The notes beneath the pieces are model-generated. The model searched no databases. It was not told the DNA's origin and saw only the letters and a list, made by a program, of their open reading frames with translations. DNA of 64,000 nucleotides from Owenia fusiformis (Eukaryota): positions 16,368,001-16,432,000 of the forward strand of contig CAIIXF020000001.1 of the NCBI GenBank assembly GCA_903813345.2. Reading direction: 5' to 3'. The first letter of the stretch is position 1. Each line of letters begins with the position of its first letter. Of the stretch, positions 26,401-37,016 are shown piece after piece. The position numbers and the translations under genes were made by a program.

Positions 26401-27235
26401 GCTTTACATTGTTGATTATTACTTTTATGCTTTCTACATATTCTTTGTCTTTGAGTAATGTGTTGTTAAGTTTCCAGATTCCCGGTCCCCTTCTCTGGTT
26501 TAATAATTTGAGTTCAAGTTTTACTGGTCTATGGTCAGCAATTTTCCTTTTCACCATCGTTTCACTTAGAATCTCTGTATTATTTGTTTGTTGGTAGATG
26601 TCTCTAGTTACTAGAAAATAGTCTAGTCTACATTTAATTGTGTTGTCGTGATTGTTCCAAGTGTATTTTCTACTATGTGGATGTTTTTGTCGCCATACAT
26701 CGCATAGGTCGTGTTCCTCTATCATATTTGTGATAAGCGCCCTTGTTTTGATATGTGAAGCTTGTCTTCCACCTTCTTTGTCCTTTGATATATCTAATGG
26801 GACATTGAAATCTCCTCCAATAATGATTGAGTTTTCATTTTTGTCTCTTAGTTTTTCTTTAATATTTTGAAATAGATTGCTGTCGTCATGGTTGTGGCCG
26901 TAAACATTTACCAGTGTAATGAGTTTGCCTTTTAAGAGGCAGTCCATGATGATGAATCTCCCTTCTTTGTCGATATCACAGTTTATGATTTCAGGGTTAG
27001 GAATACATTTTTTGTTTATTAATGTTGCTACTCCAACTGAATTTGTAGCTGTAGTTGTGAAGTAGGCTTCTCCTCCCCATTGTTGCTTCCAGTTCTTGTC
27101 TTGCCCTTTTCCGCAGTGCGTTTCTTGTAAGAATGCGATGTCAAAATTATCTTCTTGTATATATGTAAATATTTTTTTACGTTTGACCTTGTCCTGTAGA
27201 CCCTTTACATTAATTGATACTATTCTAATTGACAT
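23450..27235 (-). CDS. ORF2: AP endonuclease, reverse transcriptase, C-terminal CCHC
   Basis: 1261 aa uninterrupted; SINVKGL, LQETH, GGDFN, RLDYFLV, DHRPV; NWRPITLLNNDYK, DFQKAFDS, GVRQGCPLSP, QYADD; CELC...HGLYEC. Confidence 0.97.
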   Translation of the reverse strand: MSIRIVSINVKGLQDKVKRKKIFTYIQEDNFDIAFLQETHCGKGQDKNWKQQWGGEAYFTTTATNSVGVATLINKKCIPNPEIINCDIDKEGRFIIMDCLLKGKLITLVNVYGHNHDDSNLFQNIKEKLRDKNENSIIIGGDFNVPLDISKDKEGGRQASHIKTRALITNMIEEHDLCDVWRQKHPHSRKYTWNNHDNTIKCRLDYFLVTRDIYQQTNNTEILSETMVKRKIADHRPVKLELKLLNQRRGPGIWKLNNTLLKDKEYVESIKVIINNVKQNNENLNPNSLWELIKFNIKMETRRYATEKKRKKKQELDIKIGQVIMIEHQENNKSLADPERQKLTDRAEKIRNEIDLMQEEKAKSAIFRSKCQWVDEGEKPTRYFLNLEKHNYINKTMTAIEDEEGVLITDQKQISEEQAKFYSELYKTRIVETTKFDKDFFPKGENLELNKDEKQNCEGHITADECRKQISNLKNNKTPGSDGLSSEFYKTFVDDIIDPMCASFNYSKNNKDMTIEQKRGIITLIPKKGKDPNKIKNWRPITLLNNDYKIMTKAIAERIKKVLYKLINVDQTGFISNRYIGENIRLSLDVMEHLTQQGKNGIMATIDFQKAFDSLEWKFIYKTLKYFNFGTDLIAWVETFYNGINSTIINNGFTSRYFNLERGVRQGCPLSPYIFILCAEVLSNATRKTDKIKGINLTENEELRISQYADDTCLFLKDASYLENALDLFNKFEMISGLKINKEKTTVVTIGKDNQINKQKTQRICTNIGVNLEEKEINLLGLTIPIDGRNIEEINYSKPIRTILRLAQIWKQRNLSLMGKIVVIKSLLLSQLTYPMSVLKAPTAEMTKELERILFDFIWDGKPDKIARKTLRGGIPYGGLEMTHIPSLANKLKLKWIKKLTDDNIKSKWKILWQQQFEDIREHAWEYNLREINPMIASNIKLTAARDVYNAWCAIHYKEYKDIHTPENQIIWNNRHVQNRRETLYIEGWKSKGIIYIKQLYEDNQLIPYQALKRKFDLINTTFIQWYHIIHSIPAEWRNQIKTPRRTETETDVKEKSISIKELQTMTNKDTYNILIKSHTEEPIKQQQLWEKAIDNTNINWKSNYCRIYITTKETKLRYFQYRILLRTIFFNKMLHNMKIKTSPQCELCKEDKQDTIEHGLYECIAVKPFIEMVTQLCQIQNLTRAKYFLGENTSLGENLTLLLVKHYIYLNKLDNKPPNMTGLKKYVEAQEIISRSNAEKNNKLEAHDKAWKTAQKIFKQ

Positions 27236-27577
27236 TTATACAGATTTGTTATGTTACCCTTGCATTGGTTTATACATTTAATTATTATTTTAATTGAAAT
27301 AAATTTTGCTGAAATCTTATATAAAGAATGTTGCTCGTAGAGCGTATTGGGATGATAGTGGAATTCTACCATCTCAATAAGAGGTCGAGATAAAAGCTTT
27401 AGGAGTGCGTTGAACTTACATTAAAGAGGCAGGTTTAAATAAATTCTTACTGTTTGATTCTAACTCAAAAGTTGTTGAGAATTTTGTTTGCTGTACGCTA
27501 AAAAAAAAAATAGTTGCATAAATTGAATAAAAGTTCAGTTTTAACTAATGTCTATTTTGATCTATAAGGGTAAAGAA

Positions 27578-28501
27578 TTATTTTTTGTTCAATCTCTTTG
27601 TGATGATTTCTTTGTATATATCGTCCATATTTACTGGATTGCCGTCAATATATACTCTAACCCCTACCCACTTGACCTTCTTTCTTTGTTGTTTGGCCTC
27701 TTTTGTATATAATTTGTAGGCTAGGTTTTGAATTGCACGGGCATCTTCAGGTAGGTCTTCTCCAATTCTCACATTGCTTTTTGCTTTCTTGGACCAGACT
27801 AGCCTTTTAATCGCATTCGCTTCCTTTTCCGATTCGAATTGTATTAGTACGGGTCTTGGTCTCTGTGATTTTCCTCCTTGTACGCTGGTAGTGGTAGGCC
27901 GCCCGATGCGATAGCAATTTTGAACTGTGGTGTGAGCTCCCTCGTTGAGCTGCTGAAGACGTGATTCGACAGTTTCTTTTAGATCGGTGTTCTCTTGATT
28001 TTCCGGTAGGTCAAACATTATTAGGTTTCTTTTCTTATTGATAATATCGAGCTCTATGTCTCTGATAAATAACTCTCTTACGAAACGTAGTTCTTCCGGT
28101 TTTTCGAGTTGTGTTTCAATTTTGTCCAGTTTTTTTTCGGAGCTTTCAATTCGGGCCTCGAGCTTTTGGTTGATTTCATCCACTTTTCGGTCAGTTTTTC
28201 TCAATTGCTCGAATAATTCGTCGAATTTAGGGTCCAGTGCTGCTAGAATTACATTTGATATTTCCTGATTGTCTGTATTCGTGTTCAAATCCGTTGGGTT
28301 TTGTTTTTTGTTTCCGCTTCTTGTTGATGACGCCATCTTGTTTGGATTGTTTATGTTAGCAACCGTATTTTGCTTTTTGTTTTCAGTTTTTTTGTGATTG
28401 TCGCGGGCAGTCCTTGTGACAAGCTTTCTAAAAAAGGATCCTGAATTATTTACAGTTCTGCTAGAGTCAGAATTCTGGTTATTTATTGCCGTTTTCCTCA
28501 T
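27578..28501 (-). CDS. ORF1: coiled-coil plus probable RRM nucleic-acid chaperone
   Basis: 307 aa upstream of ORF2; heptad-rich segment, then KRNLIMFDLPE, YRIGR, RPRPVLIQF and IGEDLP, typical of LINE ORF1 proteins. True start may be the internal MASSTRSG. Confidence 0.88.
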   Translation of the reverse strand: MRKTAINNQNSDSSRTVNNSGSFFRKLVTRTARDNHKKTENKKQNTVANINNPNKMASSTRSGNKKQNPTDLNTNTDNQEISNVILAALDPKFDELFEQLRKTDRKVDEINQKLEARIESSEKKLDKIETQLEKPEELRFVRELFIRDIELDIINKKRNLIMFDLPENQENTDLKETVESRLQQLNEGAHTTVQNCYRIGRPTTTSVQGGKSQRPRPVLIQFESEKEANAIKRLVWSKKAKSNVRIGEDLPEDARAIQNLAYKLYTKEAKQQRKKVKWVGVRVYIDGNPVNMDDIYKEIITKRLNKK

Positions 28502-31500
28502 TTATTTGGCATAATACGCACCTCCATCAAACTTCCGTCTCCCTCTACTCTCTCTCCATGGCAAAAGAAGTTCAAATCTTGGTGATTGTACAATTTCAGA
28601 TCTGAAATTAATGAATTTAAAGTATAACCTTGCTTGGCCCTTATATTTTTAACATCTGTCCTTTTTTGATGATATATATGGTTTAGTAGTGTGGAGCTAA
28701 TATGTAAAACATAATTAAGATGGGTTTTAAAGAAGTTTAAGGTTTTAAACAACTTCAAATTTTGACGAATTGCACAATATCAGAGCTGATATTATTGAAT
28801 TCCGGGTATTATGGTGAGCCTTATGTTTTTTAAATGTATCCCTTCTTGATGACATATATGCTAGAGTAGAATTGAACTAAGATGTTAAACATAATTTAGA
28901 CAGGTTTTAAAGAAGTTTAAGGTTTAAACAAGAATTTATTAATTTTAGGTATAACTGTGGATGGTCCTTATCTGGTTTTTTTACATATTTCTCTCTTTGA
29001 TAACAGATATGGTTTTGTAGTATGAGACTAAGATATAAAACATAATTTAGATGGGTTTTAAGGAGGTTTAAGGTTTTAAACCTGTTCAAAACTTGACAAA
29101 TTGTACAATATCATATCTGACATTAACGGATTTCAGGTATATATCTCGATCTCTATGATGATATATATGGTTTTGTAGTAAGAGACTAAGATATAAAACA
29201 TAATTTAGATGGGTTTTAAGGAGGTTTAAGGTTTTAAACCTGTTCAAAACTTGACAAATTGTACAATATCATATCTGACATTAACGAATTTCAGGTATAT
29301 ATCTCGATCTCTATGATGATATATATGGTTTAGTAGTATGGAACGAAGATGTAAAACATAATTTAGATGGGTTTTAAGGAAGTTTAAAGACAGAATCAGA
29401 TCTATGAACGTGACAAAATTACAAGCAACATGTACAATTCATGTACCAATTTATTCCTTACAATCTCAAATACAATATTTCCAAAAAGATTCACGATGTA
29501 TAAAAAATTGATGAAGTTATAATGGATTCAAAGTGCAAAAATGAGTGAAAAATGTTTAAATTCTCCCAAAATAATAAGAATGGTAACCATTCTTATGGAA
29601 AAATAAAACATTATTGTAGAAATTTTTAGTTTTCCTGAAATAAAGTGTGCACTTTGGGGATTACTAGCAAATCGATATGAAAAGGAATGACATAAGCAAG
29701 AAATATTCAAAAAGGTCCATGTGCAGTATGGCAAGTGATTTTAGACGGTCATGTCTTTCACCATGAATACTTTCTGGCCATAAATACAATGGTTTTTATT
29801 AAAACAATATGTTTTCTTTCAAGTGAAGTCCTCATGATGATAAAAATATCAATCGAACAATTCGAAAAATTATAAATAGGGACCCCATGTCAACAATTTT
29901 TTCTAAATGTGGAAAATGTGGAAAATCCTTAAACCTTCTTATAATCAATCTTAATTATTTATTTACATCTTAGTTTCACACTACAAAACCATACATATAA
30001 TCAAAGAGGGACAGATGTAAAAAATATATGGCTCACCAAAGGTCTTACCTGAAATTTGTAAATTCAGACCGGATATTATACAATTCTTCAAATTTTGAAC
30101 TTGTTAAAGTCCTTAAACCTTCTTAAAATTCATCTAAATTATATTTTACATCTTTGTTTGTTACTATAAAACCATAAATATCATCAAAGGGGGACAGATA
30201 TAAAAACATAAGGGTCATCCAAGGTCATCTTCCTTAAATTCGTAAATTCAGACCTGATATTGTACAATTCTTCAAATTTTGGACTCATTAAAATCCTTAA
30301 ACCTTCTTGAAATCCATCTAAGTTATTTTTTACATTTTGGTTTCACACTACAAAACCATACATATCATCAAAGAGGGACAGATGTGAAAAATATATGGCT
30401 CACCAAAGGTCTTACCTGAAATTCATAAATTCAGACCGGATATTATACAATTCTTCAAATTTTGAACTTGTTAAAGTCCTTAAACCTTCTTAAAATTCAT
30501 CTAAGTTATTTTTACATTTTGGTTTCACACTACAAAACCATACATATCATCAAAGAGGAACAGATGTGAAAAATATATGGCTCACCAAAGGTCTTACCTG
30601 AAATTTGTAAATTCAGACCGGATATTATACAATTCTTCAAATTTTGAACTTGTTAAAGTCCTTAAACCTTAAAGTTCTTAAAATTCATATAAATTATATT
30701 TTACATCTTAGTTCGTTACTATAAAACCATAAATATCATCAAAGAGGGACAGATATAAAAAATATAAGTCTCATCCAAGGTTATACCTGAAATTCGTAAA
30801 TTCAGACCTCAGATATTGTACAATTCTTCAAATTTTGGATTATTAAAATCCTTAAACTTTCTTAAAAACCATCTTACCTATTTTTTACATCTTAGTTCCA
30901 CACTACAAAACCATAAATATCATCAAAGGGGGACAGATGTAAAAAATCCAAGGCTCATCCAAGGTCTTACCTAAAATTCGTAAATTCAGACCTGATATTG
31001 TACAATTCTTCGAATTTTGAACTTGTTTAAAACTTTAAACTTCCTTAAAACCCATTTAAATTATTTTTTACATCTTAGTTCCATACTTCAAAACCATATT
31101 TATCATCAAGGAGGGATAGATCTAGAAACCATAGGCATCAGCTATAGTCATACACAAAATCACCCCTCTCAAAATTGTCAAATTTTTCAAAAATCAAAAA
31201 AAAATTTCTCGGCTCCTACTAATTCAACTATATTGAATCTTTCAGGGCTAATAGCCCTGCTACTGGGCACTTCACATGAATTTTTCAAATGTCTTCCCAT
31301 GTCTAATTGAAAAGTAGGGCTCTAAATAGTAAGAAAATGGGTCACAAATTTGCCCCCTGGGGTACATACTCTGTACTATTATTCAAATTCTGTAGGAGTA
31401 ACTGGCATTATTTGTATTGCAAATAATTCATATATATAATGTCTATGTATGTAACTTACAAACATCAAGATATCTAAAGTTATTGAGAATGAAAAAATTA

Positions 31501-31689
31501 TTTTCACGGGGTGGGGTGATTTTGGGGGGTGGGGGGCTAAACCCTGAAAAAAAAGAATTATGTACCACTCTGTGAATCCATCACCTAGGTAGAATTTTCA
31601 TCCAAGACTTCCCCCTAACTGAAAATGCTGCCAAACCAACTATACTCCATTTATTAAGAATTTTCCTCCTCGCTCTTAGAGTAATATGC

Positions 31690-32270
31690 ATTATCTCCCA
31701 CTCGGAATGCAACATTGATATTTTTGCCATATATGGTGTAATGACCTTGACCGTATTATCGCGATGTCGTGTCGTGATTACAAAATTTAAAATCAAAATG
31801 TACGCCACTTTTGATTCAGTTCAAGGAGGATTATCTCCAAGAATGCAACATCGATATTTTTGCCATATATGGTGTAATGACCTTGACCGTATGGATTATT
31901 TCCCAGATGCAACATCGATATTTTTGCCATATATGATGTGATGACCTTGACCGTATTATCACGAAGTCGTGTCGTCATTACAAAATCAAAATGTCCGCCA
32001 TTTTTTAATACACCTATATAGTTTAAGCATCTGCGTAAGCAAGAGGGGGATTAACCCTAGAGTTCAAAGATGACATACGCTTATAATGTAAACCTGTATT
32101 GAGATGACCCACGTCTCTGATTGGTCAAAACGACAAACAAAAATGGCGGATTCAAAATTTTCTAATAACGCTTCGAATAATATTATGTTAATTTCTGGCG
32201 TGTTAACCAATATCATAGCTTGTTATTTCACATCAAGATAAAGAAAGATGTAAGAAATATGCTTAAGTCG
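31690..32270 (+). repeat. Interspersed repeat with locally triplicated head; second copy at ~37736-38125
   Basis: atgcaacatcgatattttgccatatatggtgtaatgacc-like unit three times; shared tail ttcaaagatgacatacgcttataatgtaaa...catcaagataaagaaag. Confidence 0.8.
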
Positions 32271-32344
32271 ATTAAGAGATTTTTTTTCAATTTCTCATTT
32301 ATTCCATATATAACATAAAATACATTACAATACTATTGCCTACG

Positions 32345-33906
32345 TTTTTATGTCACCACCAAAAGTGGTGACATATTGTTATGGTCTCCGTTTTTTGCGA
32401 CGGCGGTTGGCGTCCGGCGGTTGGCGTCCGGCGTCTGTAACAATTTCTTACAACTTCCTATAACTTAACAAATACTGTTTAGACTGACTTCAATTTTTTT
32501 CTAAATCATCTACATGTTCTCAGAAGTTCAAATCTGACTTTAGATTTGACATTTGACCTTCAATGACCTTCTCAAGGTCAAAAAGGTCTTTTTTCAACTT
32601 GCTTCACATTGACTAAATTTTTTTTCAAAATCATCTACATGTTCTCAGAAATTCAAATCTGACTTTAGATTTGACTTTAGATTTGACATTTGACCTTCAA
32701 ATCTGACTTAAGATTTGACATTTGACCTTCAATGACCTTCTCAAGGTCAAAAAAGGTCAAAAAGGTCTGTTTTCAACTTGCTTCAAATTGACTAAATTTT
32801 TTTTTCAAAATCATCTACGTGTTCTCAGAAATTCAAATCTGACTTTAGATTTGACTTCAGATTTGACATTTGACCTTCAATGACCTTCTCAAAGTCAAAA
32901 AAGGTCAAAAAGGTCTTTTTTCAACTTGCTTCAAATTGACTAAATTTTTTTTCAAAATCATCTACATGTTCTCAGAAATTCTAATCTGACTTTAGATTTG
33001 ACATTTGACCTTCAATGACCTTCTCAATGTCAAAAAAGGTCAAAAAGGTCTTTTTTCATCTTGCTTCAAATTGACTAAATTTTTTTTTCAAAATCATCTA
33101 CATGTTCTCAGAAATTCAAATATGACTTTAGATTTGACTTTAGATTTGACATTTGACCTTCAATGACCTTCTCAAGGTCAAAAAGGTCTTTTTTCAACTT
33201 GCTTCAAATTGACTAATTTTTTTTCTTCAAAATCATCTACATGTTCTCAGAAATTCAAATCTGACTTTAGATTTGACATTTGACCTTTAATGACCTTCTC
33301 AAGGTCAAAAAAGGTCAAAAAGGTCTGTTTTCAACTTGCTTCAAATTGACCAATTTTTTTTTTCAAAATCATCTACATCTTTTCAGAAGTTCAAATTTGA
33401 CTTTTACAAGTTCTCAGAAGTTCAAATCTGACTTTAGATTTGACCTTTGACCTTCAATGACCTTCTCAAGGTCTAAAAGGTCTTTTTTCAACTTGCTTCA
33501 AATTGATTGATTTTTTTTCAAAATCATCTACATGTTCTCAGAAGTTCAAATCTGACTTTAGATTCGACATTTGACCTTCAATGACCTTTTCAAGGTCAAA
33601 AAGGTCTTTTTTCAACTTGCTTCAAATTTACTTAATTTTTTTTTTCAAAATCATCTACATGTTCTCAGAAGTTCAAATCTGACTTTACATTTGACATTTG
33701 ACCTTTATTACCTTCTCAATGTCAAAAAAAGTCAAAGAGGTATTTTTTCAACTTGCTTCAAATTGACGAATTTTTTTTTCAAAATCATCTACATGTTCTA
33801 AGAAGTTCAAATCAAACCTTCTTAAGGTCAAAAGGTATTTTCCAACTTGCTTTAAATTGACCAAATTGTTTTAGGTGGTGACATTTTGTCATGTTGATGC
33901 CTTGTT
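32345..33906 (+). mobile_element. Helentron-associated non-autonomous element (HINE/DINE-1-like) with central tandem array
   Basis: T-run, 5' hairpin atgtcaccacc-aaaa-gtggtgacat, GC-rich microsatellite ggcgtccggcggtt, ~10 units of ~125-150 bp, 3' subTIR ggtggtgacat then cttgtt. Confidence 0.8.
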
Positions 33907-34204
33907 CAACATTGTCGGCAATATACAAAACATATAAAAATGGAAACAATGAAAATACAATAGATACGGTACATAATAGTAATGGCAGGGAATGTTAGAG
34001 GCTTTCAGGGGGGGGGGTAATCTAAAATATCAAAAGCCTGGCAGATGTAATGGCTAACTATATGAATAATTTGTTCATTATCAGTTACTGTGAGATTTCT
34101 GTCTCCAAATAGTAAAAAATGAATTTTTTCATAAGAGTTAAAATTTTGGAAACGATTGAAAAATCCTAAGGTTTTTAGTCCTGCTAGGAGAGTGCATCTT
34201 TCTT

Positions 34205-37016
34205 CACGGGTAGTATCTAAAGCCCCGCTATGATTTAGAAGTCGCGAGCAAATACCCGCTGAAATCGCGAGCAATTAAAAGAAAAGAAGGGTTATCTTTT
34301 GTTTACTTAAATTGTATGTTGTAAAAAGCGTTTTCATTTAATTTTACTCAATTATTACATGGTATTGATAGTAAAAAGCAACTCCTGCAAAAAAGGATCA
34401 CGAGCTGATGTTCTGAGTTTTGTTATTCGATAATTGGAGAGAGAATGTATCATCTTGAATCTTTATCTATATATTTCTATATTTTATAGCTGAAGAAGGT
34501 CATTGCCCTTCAGTTGAAATGGTCATAGTAATATGAAATGAAGGTATTGTGTGTTTCACTTCCTTAAGTTTCACAAAAAATTATATATTTCAAATTTAGC
34601 ATATCCCTTGAGGCCCCGCTTCTACCATGAGCAATAAACTAAAGATCCCGCTGAAAACATGAGGAGGCCCCGCTGAAAACATGAGGAGGTCCCGCTGAAA
34701 TCAGGAGCAAGTGGCTCTCTAAAATGGAGTGAAGACCGATTTGACTTTGCAAATCTGCCACGACTGTAGCCAACGTCATAAATATATATATTGATACTCT
34801 ACAGAGCACATATATATCATTGTGATTGTTATTATCGGTTCGAGCAACCCTCCCCCCTTACCAAAAGCTGGCTACGAGCATGATTCCAATAAAACCATTT
34901 CACTTAATGTATTTCGACCTGACTCCATCGAGAAATTACCAAGAGAAGATTTAAATCCATTCCACGACTTTTGACAAGTTTCAAATAACTCGTTCTTCTT
35001 TGTATGCAATATATATTTATATTTCACTGAAGTTACATTATACTGTAGTTCAGTATATTACTACCTTAGAGGATTCAGCACCAATGGCGCACACGTTTGA
35101 AAAGGCAATTTATGGATCAACTGCTAGATGTAAGTAACAAAGGAGTACATCATCCGATTATGAGTCCGAAATTATAATAATCAAATAATTTCATCATTAA
35201 CAATTAATCGTAGGATATGTTAAACGCACGTGTTACGCGGAAAACATGATGCAAATATGTGTCATATTCTGCAATAAATATGGCATATTCACTTGCGGTG
35301 TATGACAGATTCAGCTGCAGTATATTGCATACCCACTAAGCAATGAGAACACGATACGGAAGTACGCAATTGTCAATTGCATTGATTGAACAAACGGGTA
35401 ATCATTGTGTCATTTTCACCTGTGGTATATGACATATTCGGCAAGTGAGTATGCATATTCTGCAGGTGACTATCAGGTATTCACTGAAATCAATGTATCG
35501 CATATTCACGGCGGAATATCGCATACTCACCTGCGGAATATGCCATAAACTGCAGGTGAGTATGGCATATACTGTATACCCGTATCACAAATACCACGCA
35601 ACCATAAATGTATGCCATACTCCGCGTAACATCGTATCTGTTACGCGGAATATGGCATATATTCATGGTTGCGTGGTATTTGTGATACGGGTGTATATGC
35701 CATATTCAGCTGTGGTATATGGCGTATTCCGCAGGTGAGTATGGCATATTCCGTATTGAATATGTGATACATTGATTTCAGTAAATACCCCATGCTCGCA
35801 GAATATGTCATACTCACTTGCAGAATATGCCTTACACCGCAGGTGAGTATGCCATATACCGCAGGTGAATCTGTCATACTCCACAAGTGAATATGCCATA
35901 TTCATTGTGGAATATGACATATATTTGTATCGTGTTTACTGCGTAACAATATGTCCAGGAAAATGGCTTATGCAGGACATACGATTTATATGTCCCGGAT
36001 CCACGTTTGAGCGGGACATACGAAAAATATTTGCCCGGATATGGAATATATTCCCGGTTGATATGTCCCTGAAAATTATCAGGTATGGAATACAAATGAT
36101 CATTATTTTAATATATATTTAAAAACAAAAACTTGAATGTTATTGTTAAATTATAAAAGTAGAACCTGAATTATCATGGAGACTTTGTGGTTCTCCTTTC
36201 TCTCTAAATTTCATCTTCTTGCAACTTGGGGTGTCTTTGTTTAATACAAGACTCATTACCCTGAACTTCAGGCTTCAATTAAGTTCATTCTTGAAATGAT
36301 ATCCACCTTTCTCCTATACATTTTGATATGGATGCAACTCTATAAAATGTTTGACGAAATCTCTGGTGGCTTGAAGTTGGAATGGAAACATTAGAAACCT
36401 GGCCCTAGAATGAAACAGTATATATACAGTAATTATTAGAAATACTTAACTTGGTCTTACGTGTACGTTTATTTGAAGAACCTCAATATTTTATGTAATA
36501 GTAATGAGCTTTCCTCGTGATCGAAGCGGGTACTCGTGATATCTGCTCCTGTTTTCAGCGGGACCTCCTCATGTTTTCAGCGGGGCTTCCTCATAATTTC
36601 AGCGGGGCCACTGGCACACCTTCAATGATGTATTATACCCCCCAAAGTGGATGTTTTTGAAAACAAACTTATCAATACATACAATGTTGGTCCAATATTC
36701 ATAATGAGGTATGTATATCGTAGTTCGTGTCTCTATTTTAACCATAAAAGTAATGTGTTAACAGTAAATTATGCAAACGTGCATATTGACGCCCGTTTCT
36801 TCCATGCCAGTAAAAATAGTTATCTTTCATGTCATTGTTTGTGAAGATATACCTGTTCTGAAAGTATACCTAAAGTATCAAAGAACAGTAATGCGTATTC
36901 TCACCTTTTTGGTCCATATTTCCAGATGAATTAAATAAAAAGGACTTTGCTCGTGATTTCAGCGGGAACTTGCTCGCGACCTCTCAATTATAACGGGGCT
37001 TTGGATACAACCCGTG
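34205..37016. mobile_element. 2.8-kb CAC...GTG non-autonomous DNA transposon (Chapaev/Transib-type termini)
   Basis: cacgggtagtatctaaagccccg...gtcgcgagcaa / ttgctcgcgac...cggggctttggatacaacccgtg; tttctt on both sides; repeated cccgctgaaa on the left and tttcagcggg on the right. Confidence 0.85.
35231..35948. mobile_element. Two family B copies in inverted orientation (35231-35631, 35639-35948)
   Basis: Both have tgttacgc...gcgtaaca ends and match 18559-19189; 7-bp spacer. Confidence 0.85.

Larger units (their letters stand above)
23133..28567 (-). mobile_element. Full-length L1/Tx1-type non-LTR retrotransposon
   Basis: Two intact ORFs, ~30-nt pure poly-A (T-run to 23162), TSD aagttcaaatctt at 23120-23132 and 28568-28580. 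Confidence 0.97.
21234..31681. mobile_element. Large foldback element: ~600-bp outer TIRs plus opposed arrays of ~184-bp repeats
   Basis: TA|ctctaagagcgaggagg ... cctcctcgctcttagag|TA; mirror ORFs 21693- and 31017+; gaagaattgtacaatatcaggtctg recurs every ~184 bp in the left arm and is inverted in ~29925-31100; non-repetitive core ~29390-29920. Confidence 0.92.

Noticed and set aside
23712-28268. Many plus-strand hydrophobic ORFs
   Set aside because: Antisense shadows of the A-rich ORF1/ORF2 coding strand.
28498-28758. ORF overlapping the ORF1 start (TAAATG), like a uORF
   Set aside because: Starts outside the TSD in foldback repeat sequence, so it is not part of the LINE.
34205-34240. RAG/RSS-like end
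   Set aside because: CACGGGT shares only CAC with the heptamer; no nonamer or RAG-like ORF.
34488-34525. ctgaaga...gaaa, hammerhead-ribozyme-like
   Set aside because: Stems and spacing do not fit the hammerhead core.
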